Origin: Pseudomonadota bacterium
GTDB lineage: Bacteria; Bdellovibrionota; UBA1018
Assembly: GCA_027485695.1 (NCBI GenBank)
Contig: JAIXQO010000009.1
Coordinates: 73,157-137,156 of the forward strand
Reading direction: 5' to 3'
DNA: 64,000 bases
Shown here: positions 21,300 through 30,604 of the stretch, piece by piece
Position numbering within the stretch: position 1 is the first letter of the stretch
Layout: every line of letters begins with the position of its first letter
Made by a program: the position numbers and the translations under genes
Notes under the pieces: model-generated
What the model saw: the letters and a program-made list of their open reading frames with translations, nothing else
Told to the model about the DNA's origin: nothing
Databases searched by the model: none

Positions 21300-21926
21300 T
21301 TACTGTTCGACACAATAGAGTCGATTGGTGTTGTCATCGCAATTGGCGGTACCGGAATTGATCGCTCCATCGTGATCGACCGATGTGTTTCCCAAAGTGC
21401 CATTATCGCCACCATTGTTACTGGACCACTGATTGCAATGATTAGTGCCATCAGTGGTCCAGTCATTGGCAAAGCCAGTCCATGTCGTTTGGAAGCCAGT
21501 CCCGATACTTTGGGACAAAGCGAATGCAAAGATTCCGCTAGAATTGGTCGTTCCGATTACGGTTCCGTCGACTCGGGTATACTGAGTATTGGCGGCTAAA
21601 ACCCAATCAGTGTGTTCAGCGCTACCGCCACTACAATTTGGCGTGGTGCAAGCGACTCTCAATGTGCCTTCTGTAATGAGTGCTTTTGCGGTGGTGATCC
21701 CTTCAGCAGCAGCCTGACCTTGACAGATTGCATCTGCACCAAGAATTCCGTTCGCTGCAGCACCAATTGAGAGAAGGTCGCCGCTATTGACCGCAGTGCT
21801 CAAGAACATTTTCTTAATGGGAGTAGTGGTAGTTGCGGTAGGAGCTGCACTCGATGATCCACTCGATCCACACCCTAAGAGGCTTAGGGAAGCCAGGCCA
21901 CATACCACAGTCAAAATGTGATTCAT
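21300..21926 (-). CDS. DUF1554 (endostatin-like) domain lipoprotein
   Basis: Lipobox SLLGC, Ser/Thr linker, GADAICQ...RVAC...DWVLAANTQYTR...NHCNQWSS...LYCVEQ. Confidence 0.85.
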   Translation of the reverse strand: MNHILTVVCGLASLSLLGCGSSGSSSAAPTATTTTPIKKMFLSTAVNSGDLLSIGAAANGILGADAICQGQAAAEGITTAKALITEGTLRVACTTPNCSGGSAEHTDWVLAANTQYTRVDGTVIGTTNSSGIFAFALSQSIGTGFQTTWTGFANDWTTDGTNHCNQWSSNNGGDNGTLGNTSVDHDGAINSGTANCDDNTNRLYCVEQ

Positions 21927-22187
21927 TATTTTCCCCTCGCCTGAATACAATCGTAAGCTCCACTCCGGGAGTTTGCCAAAGAAAATTCCTACTCCGATTG
22001 ACACCCGTATATTACTTCAAAGTAAAAAGTTTATTACAAAGGAACCGCAACATGATCGCCGCTTCGGGTGTAGTAACGTTTGCCATGGTCAGACAGTTCG
22101 CAATTGGTATGATGAGACGATGAATCGCGCTCGGGCGATTCGTTCACCCGCTCCCAACGTATCTATTGACGAAGATCGGAGAAATGC

Positions 22188-22562
22188 ATGTTTGATCACC
22201 TGGGTTTTGATGTCAGAGATCTAAAAATCAGCAAGGCATTCTATGAATCCGCACTAGCTCCACTCGGTGTACGATTGCTCGCCTATTCCGAGGACTGGCA
22301 AGCAGCGGGATTCGGTACGGATCGTCCACGTTTTTGGATCGCAAAAGGGGATCCTACGAATGGCGACGACGAACTCCATGTTTGTTTTTCAGCGAAATCG
22401 CGTGCCGAAGTTCGAGCCTTCTATGAGGCTGCCCTAAAATCTGGCGGCCGAGACCACGGCCAACCCGGCCTCAGACCGCAGTATCATGAGAACTACTACG
22501 GTGCATTTATCCTCGATCCTGACGGACACAATATCGAGGCGTGCTGTCATCTGCCTGAGTAG
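22188..22562 (+). CDS. VOC/glyoxalase family protein
   Basis: MFDHLGFDVRDL...HVCFSAKSRAEVRAFY...NYYGAFILDPDGHNIEA. Confidence 0.93.
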   Translation: MFDHLGFDVRDLKISKAFYESALAPLGVRLLAYSEDWQAAGFGTDRPRFWIAKGDPTNGDDELHVCFSAKSRAEVRAFYEAALKSGGRDHGQPGLRPQYHENYYGAFILDPDGHNIEACCHLPE

Positions 22563-22565
22563 CTC

Positions 22566-22886
22566 ATGGCAAAACTTAGAAAAGCACTCGTCAAAAAACT
22601 AGAGCGTATTCCAGGCCTGAAAGACCAACCCTCGCCTGTCGCAGGTGGATCGGCGATCTTCTATCGAGACCAAGAAATCGCTCACTTTCACCATGACCAT
22701 GAGATCGACGTACGCCTGACGAAAAAACTCATTCGCCAAGAGGGCCTGAAACACCCAAAAGACTCCGAGCAACACCGAAATCGATCTCCTCAATCCGATT
22801 GGATAGAATTGCGATTTGAAACCTCAAAAGAAGTCGACGAGGTCGTCAGACTATTTCGGCTATTCGTAGAGCTCTCCGGCAACTGA
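22566..22886 (+). CDS. DUF5519/luciferase-like family protein
   Basis: FYRDQEIAHFHHDHEIDVRLT motif. Confidence 0.75.
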   Translation: MAKLRKALVKKLERIPGLKDQPSPVAGGSAIFYRDQEIAHFHHDHEIDVRLTKKLIRQEGLKHPKDSEQHRNRSPQSDWIELRFETSKEVDEVVRLFRLFVELSGN

Positions 22887-22989
22887 GCCCGATTCCCAAA
22901 TCAATACCTAGACAAGCTCATCGAACTTCACCGAACACTTCTTTCGGCGAAGTATTGACTTGTCGCGGCGCACTATGGAATCTTGCGCC

Positions 22990-23829
22990 ATGCCCGCAGA
23001 GATCACCTATCGCAACATCCTTCAAGAAGAGCTAGAGAAGCGTCTTCGGAGAAATCCACAGTATTCACTCCGATCTTTCGCCAAAGACTTAGGAGTTTCA
23101 AACGCTCTGCTGTCGGACGTACTCCGCGGCAAGTGTGGTCTGTCATTAAAACGAGCGATTACGATCTCCGATCGTCTCGGCATGTCTCATCAAAGGAAGG
23201 AATGGTTTTGTTCCTCAGTCGAATCTCTTCATGCACGCTCTCAGGGCAGGAAAACCATCGCGCTGGCTCGCCTTAAAAAACTCATTGAAAGCAAAGCGAG
23301 CAATGTACGAATGAAATCGCTCAGCCACGAGGAGTTCTCCGTCGTTTCGGAATGGTATGCATTTGCCATTCTCGAGTTAATGAAAATGAAAGAGGCACCC
23401 GCAGATCCTCGATGGTTTGCGCGGCGACTCAATATTTCTGACTATCTCGCGAAATCAGCAATCGAGCGTTTCACCAAAATGAATGTCATCGAGATGAGAA
23501 ATGGTCGCTGGCACGTACTATCTGAGGTCATTGAAACTCCGGTTAACTTCTCGGGCGAAGCCATTCGACATCACCACGACCAATTCCTGCAGCTCAGCAT
23601 TCAAGCCCTCTACAGTCAGCCCAAAGAAGAACGGGATTTCCGCGGCTTAACGATCAAATGCAACAAATCTTCGATCGAATCCGTACGCAGTCGCCTGAAA
23701 CAATTCCTGATCGAACTCGACTTGGAACTGTCGCAGGACCCGGAAGCGGATCACGTTTATCGCCTCTCCACCCAGTTCTTTCGCCTCACAGACGAGAAAT
23801 TTTCATTCCAAAATAACCCCATCAAGTAA
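22990..23829 (+). CDS. TIGR02147-family protein (HTH + DUF4423-type domain)
   Basis: RNPQYSLRSFAKDLGVS..LSDVLRGK..LS; VSEWYAFAILEL; IRHHHDQFLQLSIQAL..Q..EERDF; VYRLSTQFFRLT. Confidence 0.9.
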   Translation: MPAEITYRNILQEELEKRLRRNPQYSLRSFAKDLGVSNALLSDVLRGKCGLSLKRAITISDRLGMSHQRKEWFCSSVESLHARSQGRKTIALARLKKLIESKASNVRMKSLSHEEFSVVSEWYAFAILELMKMKEAPADPRWFARRLNISDYLAKSAIERFTKMNVIEMRNGRWHVLSEVIETPVNFSGEAIRHHHDQFLQLSIQALYSQPKEERDFRGLTIKCNKSSIESVRSRLKQFLIELDLELSQDPEADHVYRLSTQFFRLTDEKFSFQNNPIK

Positions 23830-23831
23830 GG

Positions 23832-24830
23832 ATGTCCCCCATGATTCACCTCAAATACTCGACGCTACTCAGTCTCATCACATTAAGCATTCTCAACCCC
23901 CATTTGGCTCATGCCCAGCTATTCACCTCTGATCTCGCACCAAGCGCATTAAAAGAGGGTGGCCACAGCAACAACGGTGGCGATCCTTTTGAACTAGCGG
24001 AACTGACTGGAAAAAATGGATCACGCCTGAGTTCTTGGTACTCAGTAAAAATGGACTTGATTCAAGGACTAGAGATGGGTCGCCATCACTCCATTAACCT
24101 CTATGAATGGACTCCGGAAACTTTCAAAGAAAAGCTGCTCTACTCACTAAAATCGACGGCCGTGGAATTTCGTCATGAGTGGATCCAAGTGAACGGTGTC
24201 GACCGGCCCTGCAAGAACTATCGAATTGGAGAAAAAAACTACCGTATTCAGTGCAACCCCGCTCAGTATCTGCCAGCAACGGAAAAGCTCTCCATCGAAG
24301 AACATGTGAAATTTATCGCCCACGAGTACATGTCCGCAGCAGAACTCGAACCGAACCGGTACGGCCTATCGGACTTCCGCTTCAGTGAACAAATTTCAAG
24401 AAACCTCGAACAAGTCACCGTCCGTCGTTGGGCGACTGCTACACCTCCTTCGACCACACCCGTGCCCGAATATTGTCAAACGGTCCCCGTCTTAAAACAA
24501 ATATTTCGAATTCTATTTGATAGTGCCGGGGTCGACGAAACAAAATTAGAAGTCCCCTTTGATCAAATGGGCATTTTTCGAGCAGCTTTGACCCCCTATA
24601 TGATTTTTGATGGCAAAGCTAACTTACGCATTTCACAAATCGACTGGTCAAAAGAGAATCAGATCCACTTCCTCTACTCTTACTGCTCTCAAGGAAATGA
24701 CCGCTATGTTGGCCGCCTTACAGCCTATGGGAACGAACGCGTATGCTTACGTCGCGTCGAAACTGAGGTGGTCTCTCGATGCACGAAAGTTCCTCCCAAG
24801 ACCGATCGCAGATCTAGAGGGCGATCATAA
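23832..24830 (+). CDS. Secreted protein with GGHSNNGGD motif
   Basis: Signal peptide ending AHA. KEGGHSNNGGDPFE and FIAHEYMS motifs. Abuts the TIGR02147 gene. Confidence 0.8.
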   Translation: MSPMIHLKYSTLLSLITLSILNPHLAHAQLFTSDLAPSALKEGGHSNNGGDPFELAELTGKNGSRLSSWYSVKMDLIQGLEMGRHHSINLYEWTPETFKEKLLYSLKSTAVEFRHEWIQVNGVDRPCKNYRIGEKNYRIQCNPAQYLPATEKLSIEEHVKFIAHEYMSAAELEPNRYGLSDFRFSEQISRNLEQVTVRRWATATPPSTTPVPEYCQTVPVLKQIFRILFDSAGVDETKLEVPFDQMGIFRAALTPYMIFDGKANLRISQIDWSKENQIHFLYSYCSQGNDRYVGRLTAYGNERVCLRRVETEVVSRCTKVPPKTDRRSRGRS

Positions 24831-24890
24831 ATAGCTCAAACTCTCAGGAAAATCCCAAAACCGAGCAGGACCTGACTTCTTACATCCGTA

Positions 24891-24946
24891 TCAAAAGAAA
24901 AAGCTTCGGACCGCCCGGTTCGGAGCTTTTTCTTTTGATGGTGTTG
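24891..24946. terminator. Terminator hairpin related to the ssrA trailer repeat
   Basis: TCAAAAGAAAAAGCT-TCGGACCG...GGTTCGG-AGCTTTTTCTTTTGA followed by TGGTGTTG, as at 17829. Confidence 0.75.
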
Positions 24947-25192
24947 CACTCCTGAACTGAAATATATTGTTATCCATTGCTCACCATCATGATGGCGCGT
25001 CAATTTCTTACCGCGGCACCTTGCGCGAAAATCTCAAAGAACAAAAAACGTACGCTGAGGCTAGTTTGGCAAACCAACTCCGCTTTGATGACATCATCAA
25101 GATTCGATTCGTTCTGGAGCGGTGCTCACCCCATGACAAGCGATTAGTTCAATTCCATACGATTTGCGAGATTCGCCCTGTATCATAAAAAT

Positions 25193-26110
25193 ATGCATCT
25201 TATTTTGCTTCTTGGATGGTTTTTCTCTGGCAGTGTCGCAATTGCTGACCTCGGCGATCCGGGAAAGGTCGCCTGGACTACCGTTACTTTCAAGGACGGT
25301 CAAGTTCACGAAGGGCTCACTTTTGTAGTAGAGGCCGCTTATGATCCGAAGGATTCCAAAATGGGAATCCTCCTCGTGAATAACGATGGCGCACGAAAAG
25401 ATGTCCCGTTCGTCATCAACGATAAAGAACTCAGAGTCGAATTTGACTGGAAAAAACTTAAAGACGCCGTGGTGTACGCGCGAGTGTTGACGAATGCTAC
25501 GCCTACCCTCGCGTTAACCTCTCGCTACAAAAATCGCTGCCAGCCGAATGAGGTCCGAGAAATTCCATTGCGAGATATTCGGTCGATTCATTGGCAATAT
25601 AAAATTTCCTCGTCCCACCATAAAAAGATTCTGAAAGAGTTTTCGGAGTCCGAGAACTTCAAAGATTGTCCGATTGCAAGTTGCTTCATTGGCGGAGATG
25701 GAGATTGCCGAGTTACCTTCACTCCCGGGACTCTGCCAAAAGACAAAGTAAAAGACGCACTTGAACTCTACTACCAAGCGGAGTCCGGAACTTGGGAGGA
25801 TTACCATGAAGTCGAAACATTTCAGGCAAAATTTCAGAACTTTCCGCAGGGCGCAGAATACAATCGAGTCAAGTCGCTCATCGAGCGCAGCCACGCGGTC
25901 ATGAAAAAGATAGAGCCCACTTGTACGACCATACCTGAGTCTGAGCGTGACGATTGCTGGTGGAAGCTTTCGGCGCAGATTCGGACGGAGGTAGAGGCCT
26001 CGATGAAGCCTTTCCTGGAAAAATGGCAAGTAAAATTGATCTCTTCAGATCCTTTTAGAGTCGAGGATCGTCTTCTTCCGGCCATCGAGATCAACGAGGG
26101 ACACCGATAA
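25193..26110 (+). CDS. Hypothetical secreted protein
   Basis: Signal peptide MHLILLLGWFFSGSVAIA. 305 aa. Confidence 0.75.
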   Translation: MHLILLLGWFFSGSVAIADLGDPGKVAWTTVTFKDGQVHEGLTFVVEAAYDPKDSKMGILLVNNDGARKDVPFVINDKELRVEFDWKKLKDAVVYARVLTNATPTLALTSRYKNRCQPNEVREIPLRDIRSIHWQYKISSSHHKKILKEFSESENFKDCPIASCFIGGDGDCRVTFTPGTLPKDKVKDALELYYQAESGTWEDYHEVETFQAKFQNFPQGAEYNRVKSLIERSHAVMKKIEPTCTTIPESERDDCWWKLSAQIRTEVEASMKPFLEKWQVKLISSDPFRVEDRLLPAIEINEGHR

Positions 26111-26204
26111 TAGCGTTGAATAGTGCTCCTTGTTTCAATACTGACCCAAGCACTTCCCTATTTTTCCGCGGACATCCTTCAAACTCTCACTCAGATACTA
26201 GCCC

Positions 26205-26255
26205 GACCGGTTCGGAGCTTTCTTTTTGATCAAGCTGATACAGTGGGAATCGAAC
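26205..26255. repeat. Eroded terminator half plus inverted T-arm copy
   Basis: GACCGGTTCGGAGCTTTCTTTTTGAT...CTGATACAGTGGGAATCGAAC. Shares sequence with both 24916-24939 and 16581-16601. Confidence 0.75.
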
Positions 26256-26269
26256 GCTTCAGTATTTAT

Positions 26270-26305
26270 GTATACAGTGTATACCTAACAGTATACACTG
26301 TATAC
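26270..26305. promoter_or_regulatory. Tandem palindromic operator, probably bound by the TetR at 30601
   Basis: GTATACA-G-TGTATAC (26270-26284) and GTATACA-C-TGTATAC (26291-26305), ending 3 nt before the ATG. Confidence 0.75.
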
Positions 26306-26308
26306 TCC

Positions 26309-29300
26309 ATGAGCCAAAATTTGTCTATTTTGAGAAGCCGGTCCCAAATCGTGATTTTCTTAGTCACAGCGCTTTCACTTTTAGGTCTTATCGCATTTTT
26401 AGTCATGCCACGAGAAGAAGACCCTCGCATTAAAAGACGAAATGCCATTACGACCGTCGTCCTTCCCGGCGCGGCCCCAGAAAAACTCCTTCGGACAGTG
26501 GTAAGACCCATCGAGGACAAACTACTAACCGTCCAAGAGTTAAAAAAGGTTGAAGTCGAGATTCGCCCAGACGTCGCGGTTTTTCAGCTCGAACTGCGCG
26601 ATGGTGTCCGGGATATTCCCGATGCTTGGCGTGAAGTAGAAAGAGCGCTCGATCGTGCCGCGCCCGACATCCCGAATTCATTGCCCGTTCCCGTGCTTGA
26701 CTTCTCAGTGATCGACGTAGAAGCGCTCGTCCTCGCAGTCACTGGATCAGATGATCGGGTCTTGTTAACAGACGCCGCACTTCGACTAAAAGACCGTCTC
26801 GCTCGCGACCCCGACGTAGCGGAGATAAAACTATTTGGTGAGCCAGGCTTGGAAGTTTTGGTCTCAGTAGACTCTCCTCGCCTACACTCACTCGGAATAC
26901 CGATCGAGCGGTTGCTCAGCGCAGTTGCTACGAACAACTCTGCACGCTCGACGGGTTTTTCGATCATCAGTGGTTCGCGAGTTCCGCTCCAACAAGATAA
27001 TGACGCAGTTTCGGTGGAATCATTGAAACAGATCCGTCTCGAGACCGGTCGCCTCATCACGCCAGCTCTAGAAAGTTACGCGTCCGTCTCGCGCGTTTCT
27101 TCCACTCCCGCTCGCGCACTTTTTAGATGGAACGGCAAGAGTGCGATCGGACTTGGCGTCATTCCGCGTTCAGGGATCAACATTGTCTCCTTCGGCGATC
27201 GATTCCTGAAAGAAGTCCGTGAATCCCAAGTAGAAATCGCTCCGTTAAACGTAGAGGTCGTCGCATTTCAACCCGAGCGCACTCGAACCCGAATCAATGA
27301 TCTACTCATTTCGCTGCTCGCTGGGGTTGGCCTGATGGCGGCATTCCTGGGCGCAACGGCAGGCGCAGCATTTGCTGCGATCGTCAGCGTGAGCGTCCCG
27401 ATCATCACGTTGGTTAGTCTATTTTTCTACTACATTACCGGAGGCGTACTTCATCAAATATCGATTGCGGCATTCGTCATCTCAATCGGACAGTTCATCG
27501 ATAACGTCGTGGTGGTAATCGACTCAATACAGACGCGACTGCGAAATGGCGAAAACCCAGAACAGGCCGCGAGCGCAGTTTCTGAGGAACTCCGCTTGCC
27601 GATGGCATACGCGACACTAACCGGGATCTGTGCTTTTTTGCCGATGCTCTCCGCCCAAGGTTCGCCGGCAGATTTTGTTTTCTCACTCCCCCTGGTCGCG
27701 GTGATCTCGCTGGTGTCGAGCTATTTTGTGGCCGTCTGGTTTGTCCCTCTGTTGGGCAGGCGTCTGATTCGGCCGGATTCTCGGCCCTGGCTCGAACTTC
27801 CTTTCGGGCAATTGCAGCGACTATTCACTTCGGTTGCCGAGGGCCCCCCTTGGCGTATCGCAGTTCTGGTCACAGCCATCACCGTCGCGAGCTTACTGAG
27901 CGCTTTATTTATTGAAAAAGAGTTTTTCCCAGAGTCCGATCGTAACGAATTCATTTTAGCCGTCGAACTCCCCCCCGGTTCCGATATCACGAGTACAGAT
28001 CGCGTTCTACGAACCGTAGAGAGCTACCTCAGCAAAGATCCGCGGGCCACTCTGGTCGCTACGTTTGCAGGCGGAGGCATACCTCGTTTTTACTATAATA
28101 TTCCGAATCCTCGTCGCGCACCGGAAATGGGACAAATCCTCATTTCAACACGAAGCCCCAAAGACGTGAAACCGCTGGGTTTGCATTTAGAAGAAACACT
28201 TGCTCATGATTATCTGGGTATTCGATTTACAGCACAGTTCCTACAACAAGGCCCGCCCATTAATGCGAAGGTCGAATTGAACTTTTTTTCCGAAGAACCA
28301 TCCCGAAGAGAGGAATTAAATCAACGCTTGTCGGAAATCATCACCCAGGAGCCTGGAGTTCGTTCGGTTCGCCCTGACGACCAAAAAGGGATGCAACGTT
28401 TTAGTTTCGTTTCCCGCGACGAAGCACTTGCAAATTTAGGGTTAGATCGTAACAACTTGAACTCAATTTTAGCCTTTTACTCCTCTGGAGTGACAGTCTC
28501 CGAATTTAGACGAGACCGAGAGATTATACCGGTTGTTGTCCGGGATCGGTCTGGCCTCACTCGATCACTTGACGATACCCTCAAACAAATTGCAATCCGA
28601 GGACGGGATCATGACTTTAAAGTCGGCGAGCTGGTCAAAGCATCCGTCGAACTAGAATCGTCTATTTTGCGCAGGAAAAACGGCCAGACTTTTACTCGAT
28701 TGCGCGCTGATCTACAGCCAGAACACACTTTCGATCGCGTCTTAAAAAAGATCCGACCAAAACTAGATGGAATCAAACTCAAGAACAAAGAGAGGATCGA
28801 ATTCGGGGGCGATGCTCAAGGCTCTGCCGAAGCAAACGCCTCAATCCTAAAAGTCGTGCCGACTGCCATGACGCTTTTGATTCTCTTTCTCCTTCTTCAA
28901 TTTCGGTCCTACCGAAAAGTAATGATCGTGGCGCTGGCGATACCCGTGACAATCATGGGTGTTTTCCCAGGTCTGTGGTTGAGCGGTCAGCCTTTTGGAT
29001 TCATGTCACTACTTGGAGTGCTAGCGCTCGTGGGCATCGCAGTGAACAATATCATTCTGCTACTTGAGGCAGTTGAAACAGAAGGATCAGTAGGCGCGGC
29101 CGTTAGGACGCGCTTTCGAGCGATATTTCTCACAACACTTCTCACGCTGCTCGGCCTCATACCGCTTGCACTCGAAGACTCCCCCCTTTGGCCGCCACTG
29201 GCCTGGACCATGATATCAGGATTGATCACCGGAACGATTGCGACATTGATCGTTGTGCCTGGGCTGTATCGGGTTTTCTTTCGTACATCGGCTACCGAAA

Positions 29301-30604
29301 TCGCAGCACGCGCGCCGATGCTCCTGACTTTTGTGATCTCAGTAGTTGGCGCTCTATCGCCGTCACACCAAGCATACGCAGAAGAACCCATTCGCTTAAC
29401 AATCGCACAGGTAGGCGATCGCGCGGACTCCAGCGATGAACAAGCGATCGTGAACCTTGAAGTCGAGGAAGCCGAAGTAGCCAATCGTTTAAACTGGCGA
29501 GCGACATATTTGCCGCGATTGATTGCAGGAGCCGACTTCTATCGCCGGGACCGCGAACTTCGCACCCCTACCCCGTTTGGATTGCTACCATTCGAAAGCC
29601 AAGGAAGGCTTGACGCCCAAATTGAGCTTCGACAACCGATCTTTAATGCAGAACAAATGCTAGCCGGGCGGGGACAATCCGCCACTGCGGCTCGAGCAGC
29701 TCGTCGAATCGGTGAACACCAGAGCCAAGAGTTGCGCTTTCGTTGGATGACTCGGGCACTCGAGACACTCATCCTGGAACGCGAACTGAAGTTTCTACTA
29801 GAAACGATCGAAAATCTACGTGGGAGACGACGCGATATGGAAACCCTCATTCGAAAAGGGCGCACCTCTCGAACCGATTTGATTCGGATCGACCTCTCCA
29901 TTGAGCGTTTCGAGCACGAAGCAGCTCAGGCAAAGAATGCGCGAGAAGTGGCATTGCAGCAGCTCGCGAGCGAGCTGGGAATCGACGGGTCGCTCGAACT
30001 GATCCCGCCCGTCGGCACGGTTCGTCCAGTCACTCGAGACATTCAACCCACCGCGCAGATAGATAGCCTACGACTTCGGGTGGTCGAACTGGACGAATCT
30101 ATTCGTCGGCTGCGCCTATCAGCATTTCCGACCGTCGATACTTTTGCCCGAGTCGTTCAAACCAATGGTCGCAACCTAGTTGAAACTCGATGGCTTGAAG
30201 CCGGATTGGGGCTAAGGTGGGAAATTTATGCGGGCGGAACAAGGTCAGCAGAAGAAAGGCAGTTAGCAACTCGGAGAGCCACTCTAGAAAGACGTATTGA
30301 GATACTCCAACGGGATCATCAGAACGAAATCCTAAAACAGCGCCTATTCATAGAGGAGAGCTTGCGTCGGCAGGAAAGACTAGACAAACTGCAATCTAGG
30401 GCTCGTGAAAATCGTGCAGCCGAAAGTCAAAGGTACCGCGAAGGGAGGAGCAGTGTGAATGATTTAGTGGAAGCGGATTCAGCCGAGATCGAAACAAGAA
30501 AAGACCTAGACCTAGTGAATCTCAAACTACGGATTGCTTGCATGCAAATTGAGCTGTCCTCTGGGCGCGCCGTCTCTCCGGACTGCGATGGAAAGGGTCC
30601 GTGA
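26309..30604 (+). CDS. AcrB/AcrD/AcrF-family RND permease fused to a C-terminal TolC-family outer-membrane factor
   Basis: MPREEDP..., GQFIDNVVVV, GIAVNNIILL, RFRAIFLTT, followed in frame by an OEP-like helical/beta region (ELRQPIFN, GLGLRWEIYAGG). Likely start ATG 26309. Confidence 0.9.
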   Translation: MSQNLSILRSRSQIVIFLVTALSLLGLIAFLVMPREEDPRIKRRNAITTVVLPGAAPEKLLRTVVRPIEDKLLTVQELKKVEVEIRPDVAVFQLELRDGVRDIPDAWREVERALDRAAPDIPNSLPVPVLDFSVIDVEALVLAVTGSDDRVLLTDAALRLKDRLARDPDVAEIKLFGEPGLEVLVSVDSPRLHSLGIPIERLLSAVATNNSARSTGFSIISGSRVPLQQDNDAVSVESLKQIRLETGRLITPALESYASVSRVSSTPARALFRWNGKSAIGLGVIPRSGINIVSFGDRFLKEVRESQVEIAPLNVEVVAFQPERTRTRINDLLISLLAGVGLMAAFLGATAGAAFAAIVSVSVPIITLVSLFFYYITGGVLHQISIAAFVISIGQFIDNVVVVIDSIQTRLRNGENPEQAASAVSEELRLPMAYATLTGICAFLPMLSAQGSPADFVFSLPLVAVISLVSSYFVAVWFVPLLGRRLIRPDSRPWLELPFGQLQRLFTSVAEGPPWRIAVLVTAITVASLLSALFIEKEFFPESDRNEFILAVELPPGSDITSTDRVLRTVESYLSKDPRATLVATFAGGGIPRFYYNIPNPRRAPEMGQILISTRSPKDVKPLGLHLEETLAHDYLGIRFTAQFLQQGPPINAKVELNFFSEEPSRREELNQRLSEIITQEPGVRSVRPDDQKGMQRFSFVSRDEALANLGLDRNNLNSILAFYSSGVTVSEFRRDREIIPVVVRDRSGLTRSLDDTLKQIAIRGRDHDFKVGELVKASVELESSILRRKNGQTFTRLRADLQPEHTFDRVLKKIRPKLDGIKLKNKERIEFGGDAQGSAEANASILKVVPTAMTLLILFLLLQFRSYRKVMIVALAIPVTIMGVFPGLWLSGQPFGFMSLLGVLALVGIAVNNIILLLEAVETEGSVGAAVRTRFRAIFLTTLLTLLGLIPLALEDSPLWPPLAWTMISGLITGTIATLIVVPGLYRVFFRTSATEIAARAPMLLTFVISVVGALSPSHQAYAEEPIRLTIAQVGDRADSSDEQAIVNLEVEEAEVANRLNWRATYLPRLIAGADFYRRDRELRTPTPFGLLPFESQGRLDAQIELRQPIFNAEQMLAGRGQSATAARAARRIGEHQSQELRFRWMTRALETLILERELKFLLETIENLRGRRRDMETLIRKGRTSRTDLIRIDLSIERFEHEAAQAKNAREVALQQLASELGIDGSLELIPPVGTVRPVTRDIQPTAQIDSLRLRVVELDESIRRLRLSAFPTVDTFARVVQTNGRNLVETRWLEAGLGLRWEIYAGGTRSAEERQLATRRATLERRIEILQRDHQNEILKQRLFIEESLRRQERLDKLQSRARENRAAESQRYREGRSSVNDLVEADSAEIETRKDLDLVNLKLRIACMQIELSSGRAVSPDCDGKGP

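Noticed and set aside
24967-25188. 73-aa ORF after the 24.9-kb terminator
   Set aside because: TTG start, no RBS and no recognisable motif.
26123-26308. N-terminal extension of the RND ORF in the track (likewise 4331, 11176, 12100, 18999, 41680, 61704)
   Set aside because: These extensions run through repeats, operators or promoters. Downstream ATGs give proper signal peptides or family N-termini.
27490-27530. RND TM4 motif reads IDN instead of the AcrB-type DD proton-relay pair
   Set aside because: DN occurs in other RND subfamilies as far as I recall, so it is not evidence of inactivation.
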